The position numbers and the translations under genes were made by a program. 53,447 nucleotides of DNA. It comes from Verrucomicrobiia bacterium (GTDB lineage Bacteria; Verrucomicrobiota; Verrucomicrobiia; Limisphaerales; UBA11358). Position 1 is the stretch's first letter, and each line of letters opens with the position of its first letter. Below the pieces are notes generated by a model that did not search any database, was not told the origin of the DNA, and was given only the letters and a program-made list of their open reading frames with translations. This document shows, piece after piece, positions 28,262-37,395 of this stretch. The stretch covers positions 1 to 53,447 of the forward strand of contig JASHPN010000208.1 in the NCBI GenBank assembly GCA_030038175.1, in the 5' to 3' direction.

Positions 28262-29701
28262 TCACTGCGCGGGCATTCCGGGAAAGCCGGGTTGGGTTGA
28301 TTTCGTCCGTACAATTCGATGAATGCTTTGAAGCCTTTGCGCAACCCGCCCGAGTTGTGGCGTCACAAATACCAGGAGGGTTTTGGCATCGGCCTCTTCA
28401 TTTCCGGCAACAGCCGACTGGATCAACAACGTTTGACCGGGATCCAGTCCGAGTGTCGCGGTAATCGCCGCCTTGGTCGTTCCGGGTCCCTGCGAAGCAT
28501 CCGCGAGCCGGTTCCATTGCGCCACCAGATCAAGACTGACCGATTTGGAATCCGGAGAAAGTGAAGCCGATACGTCCAGGGTGGTCCCAAGGTACGCGTT
28601 AGTTCCCGCGATTTTGACGGGCTGCGTCAGGGAAACCATTCCCTGGGCTGTTTTCGACAGGCCTGAAACGAACGCAATTCGCGGCTTGCCCAGAACCTTT
28701 GCCTCCGCGTTCTGTTTGAGAGCCGCCAGGATACTTGTGTATGCCGACTCGGAAAGTATGGCCGTCTTCGCATTCGCATCTGCCGGTTCTTGAGGAACAT
28801 TCAAGCTGTCCAAAAAATGGTTGGGGACCTCGACAAATTCCGTGCCAATTAAAAGCGCCTTTACCGAACGCGCCCGTCCCGGTGCAGACGCCACATCCGC
28901 CCGATGCATGTGAACTTCGTAGAGTGTGACGGTTGCCGTTGCGGCGACCAGTAGTATTGCGACACTCGTTGCCACCGCGGTCTGTATTTTGGTCCATGCC
29001 ATAATTTTCAATGCTCCTTTCATGAGGGTTAAGGTTGCTGTCGAAGCCGCCGCGCCCTTCGCCACTGCTACGGCCGAAATCGTCTTTGCCAGTCCGGCCG
29101 GCGCGGCCTGGACTGAGTTGGACGAAATGGCGCCGGCGATAATTGCGGTCGTCGAAGCCACGCCGCGCTTTGTGAAAAATTTTCGCAGTTTTTCCAACGC
29201 GCGGCCAAGGCGCTGCTGCGCGGTGTTTTCTTTGAGGCCCAAAACGCGTCCCACCTCGGCCACGCTCTTGTTCTGGAAATAACGCAACACGAGCGCATCC
29301 CGTTCGCTGCCACCCAGGGACGCCATCGCGTCTTCCAGATGCGGGGCCAATTCCGGCCAGAGAGGATCGGTGGCGGGTTCTTCGAGTGTGGATTGCATGG
29401 AGGCCTCCTGTTCGCGGCGGATCCGTCGCGCGTCCGCCCGTTGAAAATTTGCCGCGGTCAACCGCGCCGTCTGGTAAAGCCATCCGGCCAGCACCCTTTT
29501 TTGTCCAAAGCCTCCCGCCTTGCGGGCCAAAATAATGAACACCGCCTGCGTGATGTCCTGGGCGTGCTGTGGATTAGCGGTCCGGCGCAGCGCGACCGAA
29601 TGGACCAGGCCGACATACCGTTCCACCAGCGCGGCAAACGCGTCCTCGGATTGATTCCGGGTAAATTGCTCCAGCAACTCGGTGTCAGGCAAATCGGTCA
29701 T
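28262..29701 (-). CDS. ECF sigma-70 factor with TM helix and C-terminal secretin-like domain
   Basis: Sigma regions 2 and 4 ([31 protein letters not shown]), TM ATSVAILLVAATATVTLY, then secretin-like KVLGKPRI...GTTLDVSA...GQTLLI...LLVFVTPQL. Confidence 0.88.
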   Translation of the reverse strand: MTDLPDTELLEQFTRNQSEDAFAALVERYVGLVHSVALRRTANPQHAQDITQAVFIILARKAGGFGQKRVLAGWLYQTARLTAANFQRADARRIRREQEASMQSTLEEPATDPLWPELAPHLEDAMASLGGSERDALVLRYFQNKSVAEVGRVLGLKENTAQQRLGRALEKLRKFFTKRGVASTTAIIAGAISSNSVQAAPAGLAKTISAVAVAKGAAASTATLTLMKGALKIMAWTKIQTAVATSVAILLVAATATVTLYEVHMHRADVASAPGRARSVKALLIGTEFVEVPNHFLDSLNVPQEPADANAKTAILSESAYTSILAALKQNAEAKVLGKPRIAFVSGLSKTAQGMVSLTQPVKIAGTNAYLGTTLDVSASLSPDSKSVSLDLVAQWNRLADASQGPGTTKAAITATLGLDPGQTLLIQSAVAGNEEADAKTLLVFVTPQLGRVAQRLQSIHRIVRTKSTQPGFPGMPAQ

Positions 29702-29709
29702 TTACCGAT

Positions 29710-29738
29710 TATATGTGCGCCGGCTGAAAAACCTGACA
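29710..29738 (-). promoter_or_regulatory. Conserved promoter motif of extended ECF genes, copy 1
   Basis: TGTCAGGTTTTTCAGCCGGCGCACATATA, 8 nt before ATG. Confidence 0.65.
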
Positions 29739-30123
29739 ATGTATTTTTGGCGTGGTGCGTGTGGCGTGGTGCGCCAAGTATCCGGGATGAATCACGAAAT
29801 ACACAGCGCGGACAGCTTTGTCCGCCAAAAATGACGCAAGCAGGGAACACGCGGACAAAGCTGTCCGCGCTCCTCGGAGTTGGCCGCAGGACGACACACA
29901 TTTCATTTGTGTATAGGCCGTGAACGGAGTAAACGAACGACCCGACAGCATCGAAAAGCATGATTTTATTTGGTTTTTGAACGTTTTTTTACCAGGTGCG
30001 GGTGTGAACGAAGAGGAGAGGCGCAGGCAAAGGGAATGGCTGATGGAAGGTTGAAGAGGGTCAGAGCGACTGGCCGCCGGGCGTGCTGCGACTCGCTTTC
30101 AGCAGAGTCGCGCTAGTCCGTCC

Positions 30124-30282
30124 GGAGCGCGGCTGCCCGCCCTTCCGTAGCCCCGCTCGGCGGGGCGAAGGAGGGTGTGCGATAGCACCAGCCAGGCATA
30201 TTTTAGATGAGCGAAAAACCTTGCGGCGATCTCGTTTTTCCGTGCTGCGACTGGTCCCGCAGACGGGACACAGTCGCGCTCC
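30124..30282. repeat. REP-like element family B
   Basis: Mosaic of the 26433 and 22672 copies. Confidence 0.75.
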
Positions 30283-30288
30283 GGGCGC

Positions 30289-31746
30289 CTACGGCGTGAA
30301 ATCAGAGGGTGAATATGTGTGATTGATGACAATGTTTTCGTGGGTTTGCACGGACTTGACGTCGCCGGATACTGTGTGCGGGGCATTCCGCAGTTCTGGA
30401 TTCTTTTTTGCTTCCGCGTCGAGCATGGCATTCAACGCTTTCGCCGTTGTGTCATTTTCGATTTGACGGACCAAAAAATCCCGCTTGCCAATCCATATGG
30501 TTTGGGTGCGTCCGCCGCCGGATTGGGTCAGGACGTAACAATCAATGCCGCCCACGGCAGCATCCGGTTCTCGGCTGGGCGAATGCATATTAATGTTACC
30601 CCAATTCTGTTTGAAGAAAGTCCCGGGAATGCTGCCTGCGGCGCCGCCGGAAATCCCAGTTGCGCCACCTAATGAGCCTTCCATGTTCGGCTCCCGCTCC
30701 GGACTGGATTCGGAAGTCATTTTCAAAAAATTTCCGCTGCCGGCCGACCAAACCATTCCCGTTTGGACAAAGAATCCATAGTCTTGCTGCCATTCAATGC
30801 GGTAAAGATTCGGGCGCGCTAATTTGGTGGAATAAGTAATCGGCGGCACGGTTTTAGTCCCGACTGTGCCGGTTGATGTGCCCGTGTCGCTGTAGCTGGT
30901 CAGCGCAGCGTAGGCGTTGTGCAATCGCTGGAGAATTTGCCGCGCGGTGAGGCCGTCATCGTCGTTCCCTTTCGAAACGGCGACCGTTGCCACGCCCGCC
31001 GCGAGGATGATGCCGGCCGTGACGCCGAGTGCGAATTTGAGCTTTAACCAGGTCATTGTTTTCATAGTTCCTTTTACGATCGTTATTATGGTTGTGGACG
31101 CGGCAGCCCCTTTCGCCACTGCCACGGTTGAAATCGTCTTTGCCAGTCCCGCGGGCGCGGCCTGGACTGAATTGGCCGAAATGGCGCCGGCGATAATTGC
31201 AGTCGTCGAAGCCACGCCGCGTTTTGAGAAAAATTTCCGGAGCTTTTCCAGCGCCCGGCCCACGCGTTTTTTTGCCGCTTCTTCGTTCAGCCGCATCACC
31301 TGCCCAATTTCCTGCGACGTTTTGTTCTCGAAATAGCGCAGAGCAATCACGTTGCGATCGGCGTCGCCAAGCGAGGCCATGGCTTCGTCCAGCAATGGGG
31401 CGAGTTCATCCCAGGCTTCGGGCGAAGATTCATTGAGTTGCATGGCTGCCTCCTGTTCGCGCCGGGACCGGCGCATCCCGGCGCGGATTTGCGCGTTGGC
31501 CGCGTAGCGCGTCGCTTTCAGCAGCCAGCCGGACAGGATGGTGTCCGCGGACAGTCTGGCCGCCTTGCGGGCGAGGATGATAAAAACCGCCTGTGTCACA
31601 TCCTGCGCCAGATGCGGGTCACGCAATTGGCGCAGTGCCGCGGAATAAACGAGGCCGACATACCGTTCCACCAGCGCCGCAAAGGCGGTCTCCGACTGCT
31701 GCTGCGCATATTCGCGCAATAATGTGATGTCCTGCATTTCTGACAT
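30289..31746 (-). CDS. ECF sigma-70 factor with TM helix and LolA/DUF2092-like C-terminal domain
   Basis: Sigma core paralogous to 28262..29701; [20 protein letters not shown]; C-terminal LTSYSDTG...[12 protein letters not shown]...[12 protein letters not shown]. Confidence 0.88.
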   Translation of the reverse strand: MSEMQDITLLREYAQQQSETAFAALVERYVGLVYSAALRQLRDPHLAQDVTQAVFIILARKAARLSADTILSGWLLKATRYAANAQIRAGMRRSRREQEAAMQLNESSPEAWDELAPLLDEAMASLGDADRNVIALRYFENKTSQEIGQVMRLNEEAAKKRVGRALEKLRKFFSKRGVASTTAIIAGAISANSVQAAPAGLAKTISTVAVAKGAAASTTIITIVKGTMKTMTWLKLKFALGVTAGIILAAGVATVAVSKGNDDDGLTARQILQRLHNAYAALTSYSDTGTSTGTVGTKTVPPITYSTKLARPNLYRIEWQQDYGFFVQTGMVWSAGSGNFLKMTSESSPEREPNMEGSLGGATGISGGAAGSIPGTFFKQNWGNINMHSPSREPDAAVGGIDCYVLTQSGGGRTQTIWIGKRDFLVRQIENDTTAKALNAMLDAEAKKNPELRNAPHTVSGDVKSVQTHENIVINHTYSPSDFTP

Positions 31747-31753
31747 TCACCCA

Positions 31754-31782
31754 TAAACGCCCGCCGAAGGCAAAACGGGACA
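31754..31782 (-). promoter_or_regulatory. Conserved promoter motif of extended ECF genes, copy 2
   Basis: TGTCCCGTTTTGCCTTCGGCGGGCGTTTA, 7 nt before ATG. Confidence 0.65.
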
Positions 31783-31881
31783 AACTTTTTTATTTCAACC
31801 AAAAATGAACAACAAGGGCGCGAAGACGCGAAGCGGGCTTAAACCGCGGATTGACACAGATGAACACGGATTCTTCGCCAA

Positions 31882-32411
31882 GGAGCGCGGAAAGCTTTGT
31901 CCGCGAGAACGCTGCGAGATCCCAACTGGCGGACTCGGCGGTCCGCGCTCCGAAACGTTGTGCAATTGCGGCGTTCTGCCGAGACGCCGCTACGGGAAGG
32001 CCCGCACACACATTTGTTGTGCGTGGGTTTGGCAACGAGGAAACGAAGCTGGAATGGGTTAAATCGTGAATGGTTGATTGCTTGAAAGCGGCGGCATTTT
32101 CCGCTTCAATCCCAGTGTGGGCAAGGGAATATGAGAATGCTTGAACCTATACTGGCTGCGCGCCCAATACCGATTCCGACCTGGATCGATGCTTTGATTT
32201 ATTCCGGGGGTGTCGTGGTGTTTGTTCTAATCCTGGCGTGGTGGCTTAATCGAGGAGACAATGATTGAATGCGGACGTGATGCGGCGCCGGCGGAGGGCG
32301 GAAGCTTTGTCGGCGAAAACGTTGCGAGATCCCTGACTGGCGGACTCGGCGGTCCGCGCTCCGGGTGCTTGCGCAACCGTGGCGCTCTGCCGAGACGCCG
32401 CTACGGGAAGG
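31882..32411. repeat. Two direct copies of REP family C (about 31882-32001 and 32293-32411)
   Basis: GCTTTGTCCGCG...GGCGGACTCGGCGGTCCGCGCTCC...GCCGAGACGCCGCTACGGGAAGG; third copy about 35226-35378, partial about 29805-29875. Confidence 0.75.
32131..32268 (+). CDS. Small single-TM protein (45 aa, below ORF-track cutoff)
   Basis: AAGGGA RBS; MRMLEPILAARPIPIPTWIDALIYSGGVVVFVLILAWWLNRGDND. Confidence 0.5.
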   Translation: MRMLEPILAARPIPIPTWIDALIYSGGVVVFVLILAWWLNRGDND

Positions 32412-32635
32412 GCTGGATACACATTTTTTTTGTGCTTAGGCGGTGCTCGGAGGAAACGAATTATAAGTCATTGATTACAAGTATGTTAGCTATGATTTGA
32501 AATTTCCGATTCGTTGCCCATGGGTTGGGGCAGGTTCTGGGAGAGGTTTGACCTCCAAATCGGGCGCGCATCGGCCAGTCGTATGTTGGCGTTTAGGAGT
32601 ATGAGAGTGACTGGTGACGCGGGTAAAAAGGCGGA

Positions 32636-33335
32636 AGATGTCGCCCCGATGGGGCTCTGGGTTTTTTGGATTTTTTACTACAGAGATGCCAGCCCTACGG
32701 GCTTCGCTGTACCGTATTGACCGAGCGCCGCAGGCGCGGCATATATGTGGAAAACCAGACAAGATAGAACAAAAGCCCCCGTCAGGGGCGGCATATTCTG
32801 ATTTCAGTTACAAAAATGAGAGGCGCCCGCCAGCAACTTTGGCCATTGCCGGCTCCGACGATTTGGAGCATTTTCCACCGTCCCTTCAGACGGAGAGAAT
32901 TTTGGGGCAGCACCAGACACTTCGTGTCTGGCTACTTTCCGTGGTCGCTCCGCGACAGAGGTTCTGATTTTTATTTTGAAGAAACGAACGGCCAATTGTA
33001 TTTTAACGAACAGGCAGTGTGACGCACTGTGCGCCATTACAACAGCTTGCAAAGCAGAATATGCCGCTCCTACGGAGCTAGTGATTCTCAATCGGCCGAT
33101 TCTACAAATATGCCACGCCTACGGCGTTTGCTCTTGCCATTGACCGTCCTGCCCGGCGCCTGCAGGCCCCGTTCAGGGGCGGAATATTTGTAGAAAGCCG
33201 GAGGAGACGGGTGAAAAGCCCGCGTCAGGGGCGGCATCGTGGAGGATTTTCCGCCGTCCCTTCAGGACGGAGAGGAGTTGGGGGCGCCACCAGACACTTC
33301 ATATCTGGCTACTTTCCGTGGTCGCTCTGCGACGG
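32636..33335. repeat. REP cluster: family A (about 32636-32790, 33055-33205) and family F (about 32832-32955, 33243-33335)
   Basis: Family A matches 2860-3050 and 6130-6268; family F (CCGTCCCTTCAG...CACCAGACAC...GTCTGGCTAC..TCCGTGGTCGC) recurs at about 35829-35954. Confidence 0.75.
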
Positions 33336-33636
33336 GGTTGGGCAGATCCACGAATCGTTCTTGATTTCGGCGGGGAGACCGCGCTGCGATGTCCCCGCCC
33401 GTAAAGCGGGCGGTAAGAACGCAGTTGATCGAACGTGCGTTCGGCAAACGATTGCGCCGCTCCGCGCAACGCGCCGTCCCTACCACGAACAATGCGTGGC
33501 CGCTCTGGGACATCGTACAAACAATAGGCTGTTGAACAATTGCTTGAAAATCCGCGCGATGGGAAGGAAAATAGAGGATACGATCAGCGAAACTCAATTT
33601 GACGCCGTGAACACCAGGCCAGAGGGGAAATCCGGG

Positions 33637-35148
33637 ATGAGAACCAAATTAGATTGCGCAACCGCGCGGCCGGCCTGGGCTGGGGTGAACTTGAAGTATG
33701 CCTTTTTCAGACCAGGCGGCTGGCGCCGCATTGGTTTGCTGATGCCGCTGCTTCTGGTGGCCGGCGTCCTGGCCGGCGCCGGGTTGGCTGCCACGGCCGG
33801 CGCCCAATCTCTTAGCTGGAACGAGTCGGATATCAATGAAATGTGGAACGGGTACGTCAGCGATTTCTATAGCGAGGATGGAGCGGGTTATTACGTTTTT
33901 AATCCCCAGGCGGGTGATGCCACAATTACCGGTTTCTGGGAAGAGGCGGAGGAGATCGAAATGGCCGAGGACGGCTATGACTGGGCGGTCCGGGAGAACA
34001 ATAGCTTCGGCAATACCAACGATATTGCGAGCATGATCAACGAACTCTGCGCCGGGTTTGTCGCTCACAATGGGTCTTTTTGGTATGCGGATCACTACGA
34101 CGACGATAAAAATTGGGCGGAAATCGCCTTCGCGCGGGCTTACCAGATTACGGGGAACAGCAGTTGGCTCAGCGCGGCGACCAATAACTTCAATTATGTA
34201 TGGAAATATGGGCAGGTGAATGGAAAAACCGACGGCAGTTGGGGCCTCACCCAAATAACGAATACGGAGCGCATGTATGCCAACGTCAATTTCACGTTCG
34301 TGATTGCCGGCTATCTTCTGTATGACATCACCGGAAACAGCACTTATAAATCGGAGGCCGACGCCATCTATGCCTGGGCGAAGGCGAATTTATACGTCTA
34401 TAACCATCTGCCGGCCCAAAACGGGTCGAGCAATGTGTGCAGCATGATCTACAACTACAACAACACGGAGTTTGGCGGTTCGATCCAAAACCGGGACTGC
34501 ATGTACAACTACGGAATTGCGATTCGGGCGGCCTGGTACGAAAATGACACCAACCTGGCTTGCACCGTCGCAAATTGGATGATCTACAACGTGGATGCCG
34601 ATCCCAACGGGGACGGGGTTCCCTACGCCGGAACCTATGACGGCTACAACGTCCTCCCGGATTACGGAGCGGGAGGCAACAACAGCGACAATGACTGCGG
34701 CTACGACGGCATCGGGCTTCGCGGGTTTGGGCTGGCGCTCAGGGAGGGCGTGCTGACCAACCCGGACGCATTGCCGTTTGCGCAAGCGAATCTGCAATCC
34801 GCCTGGAATAACCGCGGCTCGGATAACGTGGAGTGGTGCGGCTGGACGACGTCGCCCTCGGGGACCAAATATTCCTGGGGCGATAGCTCGGCGATGGCCG
34901 GCATGTTCGATATTTCGGCGCCGAGTCAGCCCGGCAATCCGCCGCAATTGGCGATCACATGGAGTCCGCCCAACCTGGTCCTTTCGTGGTCATCGTTTTC
35001 GACGGATTTTTCCATCGAGACCAATTCAAATTTGAATACGACCGATTGGGTTTCGGTCGGTTCTCCTATTTATATAAGCGAGGGCACCAACCAAAGCGCC
35101 ACGATTCCGGCGCCCGCGGGGAACTTGTTCTTTCGGTTGGCGCAATAG
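33637..35148 (+). CDS. GH76-family glycoside hydrolase (alpha-1,6-mannanase-like) with a short C-terminal FFRL-ending domain
   Basis: Signal peptide; YDDDKNWAEIAFARAYQITG with the GH76 DD pair; start uncertain (33559/33637/33741). Confidence 0.8.
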   Translation: MRTKLDCATARPAWAGVNLKYAFFRPGGWRRIGLLMPLLLVAGVLAGAGLAATAGAQSLSWNESDINEMWNGYVSDFYSEDGAGYYVFNPQAGDATITGFWEEAEEIEMAEDGYDWAVRENNSFGNTNDIASMINELCAGFVAHNGSFWYADHYDDDKNWAEIAFARAYQITGNSSWLSAATNNFNYVWKYGQVNGKTDGSWGLTQITNTERMYANVNFTFVIAGYLLYDITGNSTYKSEADAIYAWAKANLYVYNHLPAQNGSSNVCSMIYNYNNTEFGGSIQNRDCMYNYGIAIRAAWYENDTNLACTVANWMIYNVDADPNGDGVPYAGTYDGYNVLPDYGAGGNNSDNDCGYDGIGLRGFGLALREGVLTNPDALPFAQANLQSAWNNRGSDNVEWCGWTTSPSGTKYSWGDSSAMAGMFDISAPSQPGNPPQLAITWSPPNLVLSWSSFSTDFSIETNSNLNTTDWVSVGSPIYISEGTNQSATIPAPAGNLFFRLAQ

Positions 35149-35433
35149 AATTTGCTACGGCGCGGCAGGAGATTGAGGGTGGAGGCGGAAACATCGAACG
35201 CCGAACGTCGGATTGCCGGGCCCATGGAGCGCGGACAGCTTTGTCCGCGAGAATATGCGAAGTTTTTCCGAAGACATTCGCTTTCTGTCTTCCCGATCCC
35301 AACTCGCGGACTCGGCGGTCCGCGCTCCGAGACCTTGCGCAATGGCGGCGCTCTACCGAGACGCCGCTACGGGAAGGCATGCAATAACATAGGTATGTTG
35401 ACTTAAAAGGTGTTCCGTGCTATTTGGACGTTT

Positions 35434-35754
35434 ATGAAGAAGCTCAAGTTTATCGCGGGTGCATTATTGGCGATAGCTGTGGTTTCGATTTCAGCGGGAT
35501 GCAACAAGGGCGCCAATTCGGTCAATTCGGTAAATTCCACCAATTCGACAAGCGCGGCACCGCCCAAACCGGATTTGCTGACGACGTGCCCGGTTACCGG
35601 CGACGCGCTCGGAAGCATGGGAGCGCCTTACGTTATTGTTTACCAGGGGCAGGAGGTCAAATTTTGCTGCGCGAGCTGCACCAATGACTTTTTCAAGGAC
35701 CCGGAAAAATACATGAAGATAATCCGGGCCGCAGACAAAACGGCCAGGGAATAG
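35434..35754 (+). CDS. YHS/TRASH-domain lipoprotein (metal-binding)
   Basis: Lipobox-like SAGC; CPVTG...YQGQEVKFCCASCTNDFFKDPEKY. Confidence 0.85.
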   Translation: MKKLKFIAGALLAIAVVSISAGCNKGANSVNSVNSTNSTSAAPPKPDLLTTCPVTGDALGSMGAPYVIVYQGQEVKFCCASCTNDFFKDPEKYMKIIRAADKTARE

Positions 35755-35964
35755 GGGCAAATACCTTCTCACGCAAAGGACGCAAAGGACGCAAAGGACG
35801 GAAGCGACAGCGATATTGTGTGCCGCCGGCAACTTTGGCCATTACCGGCTCCGACGATTTGGAGCATTTTCCACCGTCCCTTCAGGACGGGGAGGAATTT
35901 GGGGCATCACCAGACACTGCGTGTCTGGCTACTGTCCGTGGTCGCTTCGCGACCGAGGCGCGCG

Positions 35965-36066
35965 CTAATGCGGATGCGGATGGCCGCGAACGATCATGAG
36001 CACGATCAGTAAAATAATGATGATGAACCAGGCGATCCAGGTGAAGATTTTAACACCACGATTCAT
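35965..36066 (-). CDS. 33-aa membrane peptide ending HPHPH (below ORF-track cutoff)
   Basis: MNRGVKIFTWIAWFIIIILLIVLMIVRGHPHPH; purine-rich leader (GAGCGAAGAAACA) before ATG. Confidence 0.55.
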   Translation of the reverse strand: MNRGVKIFTWIAWFIIIILLIVLMIVRGHPHPH

Positions 36067-36156
36067 TGTTTCTTCGCTCTCTTTGCTTTTTGCTTTTGAT
36101 GTCAGAAGGAAATCGGTAATTTTCTGGCAGGTAAAGCGAAAAGATTTCTATGCAGA

Positions 36157-36396
36157 GGGCGCATCTCAGTTTTTGTGAGGCAGAATATGCCGCCCCTCCG
36201 GGGCTTGAGATTCCTATTGATTTTACTACAAAGATGCCACGCCTACGGCGTTTCCAATCCGCTACCGGACGCCGATACCATGTCGGTTGCTGAACCCCGT
36301 AGGGGTGGTATCTCTGTAGAAAATGACACAAAAACCCGAAAACCCCGTAGGGGTGACATCGTCGGTTGCGGTATTAACAAAAACTGAGATGCGCCC
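36157..36396. mobile_element. 240-bp MITE
   Basis: Perfect 20-bp TIR GGGCGCATCTCAGTTTTTGT / ACAAAAACTGAGATGCGCCC; 9-bp direct repeat CTATGCAGA at 36148-36156 and 36397-36405; interior made of REP hairpins. Confidence 0.88.
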
Positions 36397-36522
36397 CTAT
36401 GCAGATACCTCGGCATTATCTCCTTGCCAAACTCACAGAAACCCTTGAAATGGGGCTGTTTCTTGAATGGAGCGGTTGCTTTGGACGCCCACCGCGCATT
36501 CCGTGGGGTAGAAAGAGAATCC

Positions 36523-36720
36523 GTGTCTAAAAAGAAAAAGCAAAAGAAGAAACAGGATGTAAAGATGCCGAACCTGAGCGGCGGTGAATCCGAGGATGCT
36601 ATTATGGCATTGCTGCAAACGCCAGCGGGAAAAGAGCAACTCAAGAAAGCCGGGAAACTCATTGAAGAGTCGCTGGGTAAAGCCATTGCCGAAGCCAAAG
36701 CACGTTTCCAAAAACCATGA
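36523..36720 (+). CDS. Small Lys-rich hypothetical protein (IS-associated cassette)
   Basis: GTG start after AGAAAGAG; paralog of 37610..37759 (PNLSG..ED.I.A...TP). Confidence 0.6.
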   Translation: MSKKKKQKKKQDVKMPNLSGGESEDAIMALLQTPAGKEQLKKAGKLIEESLGKAIAEAKARFQKP

Positions 36721-36902
36721 GCAAAACGACTGGCAAAGTCGGCAGGCCCGCGCTACCGAAAAAGGAAAAGCGTTGGAAGTTCATTTCTACGCGCATCTCG
36801 CGGGATGAATACCGCGAGATCTTCAAAACAGCAAAAGAATCGGGCATGACAAAGACGAAGTGGGTAAGAACAAAGCTCGTTGCCGCCGCTCGCCGGGCCT
36901 GA
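36717..36902 (+). CDS. Ribbon-helix-helix (MobC/CopG-like) DNA-binding protein
   Basis: GRPALPK, then RISRDEYREIFKTAKESGMTKTKWVR; ATGA coupling; paralog at 37198..37395. Confidence 0.7.
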   Translation: MSKTTGKVGRPALPKKEKRWKFISTRISRDEYREIFKTAKESGMTKTKWVRTKLVAAARRA

Positions 36903-36942
36903 AAAACGGCGTGATTAGATTCAATTGGCCGCATTTCAGAGT

Positions 36943-37070
36943 CGCGCGAGCGCGCGGCTCGCGAGGCGGGAAATTAGCGCCTGGATATTTGGGGCTTGGT
37001 GACCCAGGGCGGCGCGCTCGCGGACTCGCGCTCTGCCCTGGGCTATAATATTGCACCCTTACAGGGTTTT
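36943..37070. repeat. REP family D (CCCAGGGCGGCGCGCTCGCGGACTCGCGCTCTGCCCTGGG)
   Basis: Related copies at about 39647-39750, 39920-40075, 42770-42895, 44660-44780, 51055-51175. Confidence 0.8.
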
Positions 37071-37197
37071 AAGGAGAGCCTCACCGACTCGGCTGGTCCT
37101 GCTTGACCTTTTTAATTTAGTCCCGCGCTCCTTCGGGATTATGTCTTTCACAGACCCAACTGCGGGCATGGTTTGGAGCTTGATTTTGCATGGTATT

Positions 37198-37395
37198 TTA
37201 AGCGCGACGGGCAGCAGCCAGAAGCTTGGTTCTAATCCATTTGCCGCGCATCATTCCTGATGCTTTGGCTGCTTGGTCTATCTCCCTAAACTCATCCTGT
37301 GAAATGCGAGCGGTCATGAACTTCCATTTCTTTTCCCTTTTTGGAAGCGCGGGGCGTCCAACTTTTCCAGCGGATTCGTTTGTAGTTTTCATCAA
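37198..37395 (-). CDS. Ribbon-helix-helix (MobC/CopG-like) protein, paralog of 36717..36902
   Basis: GKVGRPALPKREKKWKF...RTKLLAAARRA. Confidence 0.7.
   Translation of the reverse strand: MMKTTNESAGKVGRPALPKREKKWKFMTARISQDEFREIDQAAKASGMMRGKWIRTKLLAAARRA

Larger units (their letters stand above)
36411..37125 (+). mobile_element. Possible degenerate IS1595-derived non-autonomous element
   Basis: Left end CGGCATTATCTCCTTGCCAAACTC matches the 37134 IR at 17/24; putative right end TAGTCCCG at 37118-37125; no matching TSD found. Confidence 0.45.

Noticed and set aside
32490-33210. Numerous 60-120 aa ORFs in repeat-rich gaps (also about 2866-3078, 5907-6221, 36050-36387, 39443-40210, 42675-42872, 44466-44819)
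   Set aside because: They translate REP/MITE palindromes; their recurring peptides (SPRWG, GLALCPG) reflect the DNA repeats.
31860-33340. Possible CRISPR array
   Set aside because: Repeats are 100-150 bp, degenerate, irregularly spaced and of mixed families; no cas genes.
33211-33558. N-terminal part of ORF 33211..35148
   Set aside because: Runs through REP sequence; the signal peptide lies further downstream.
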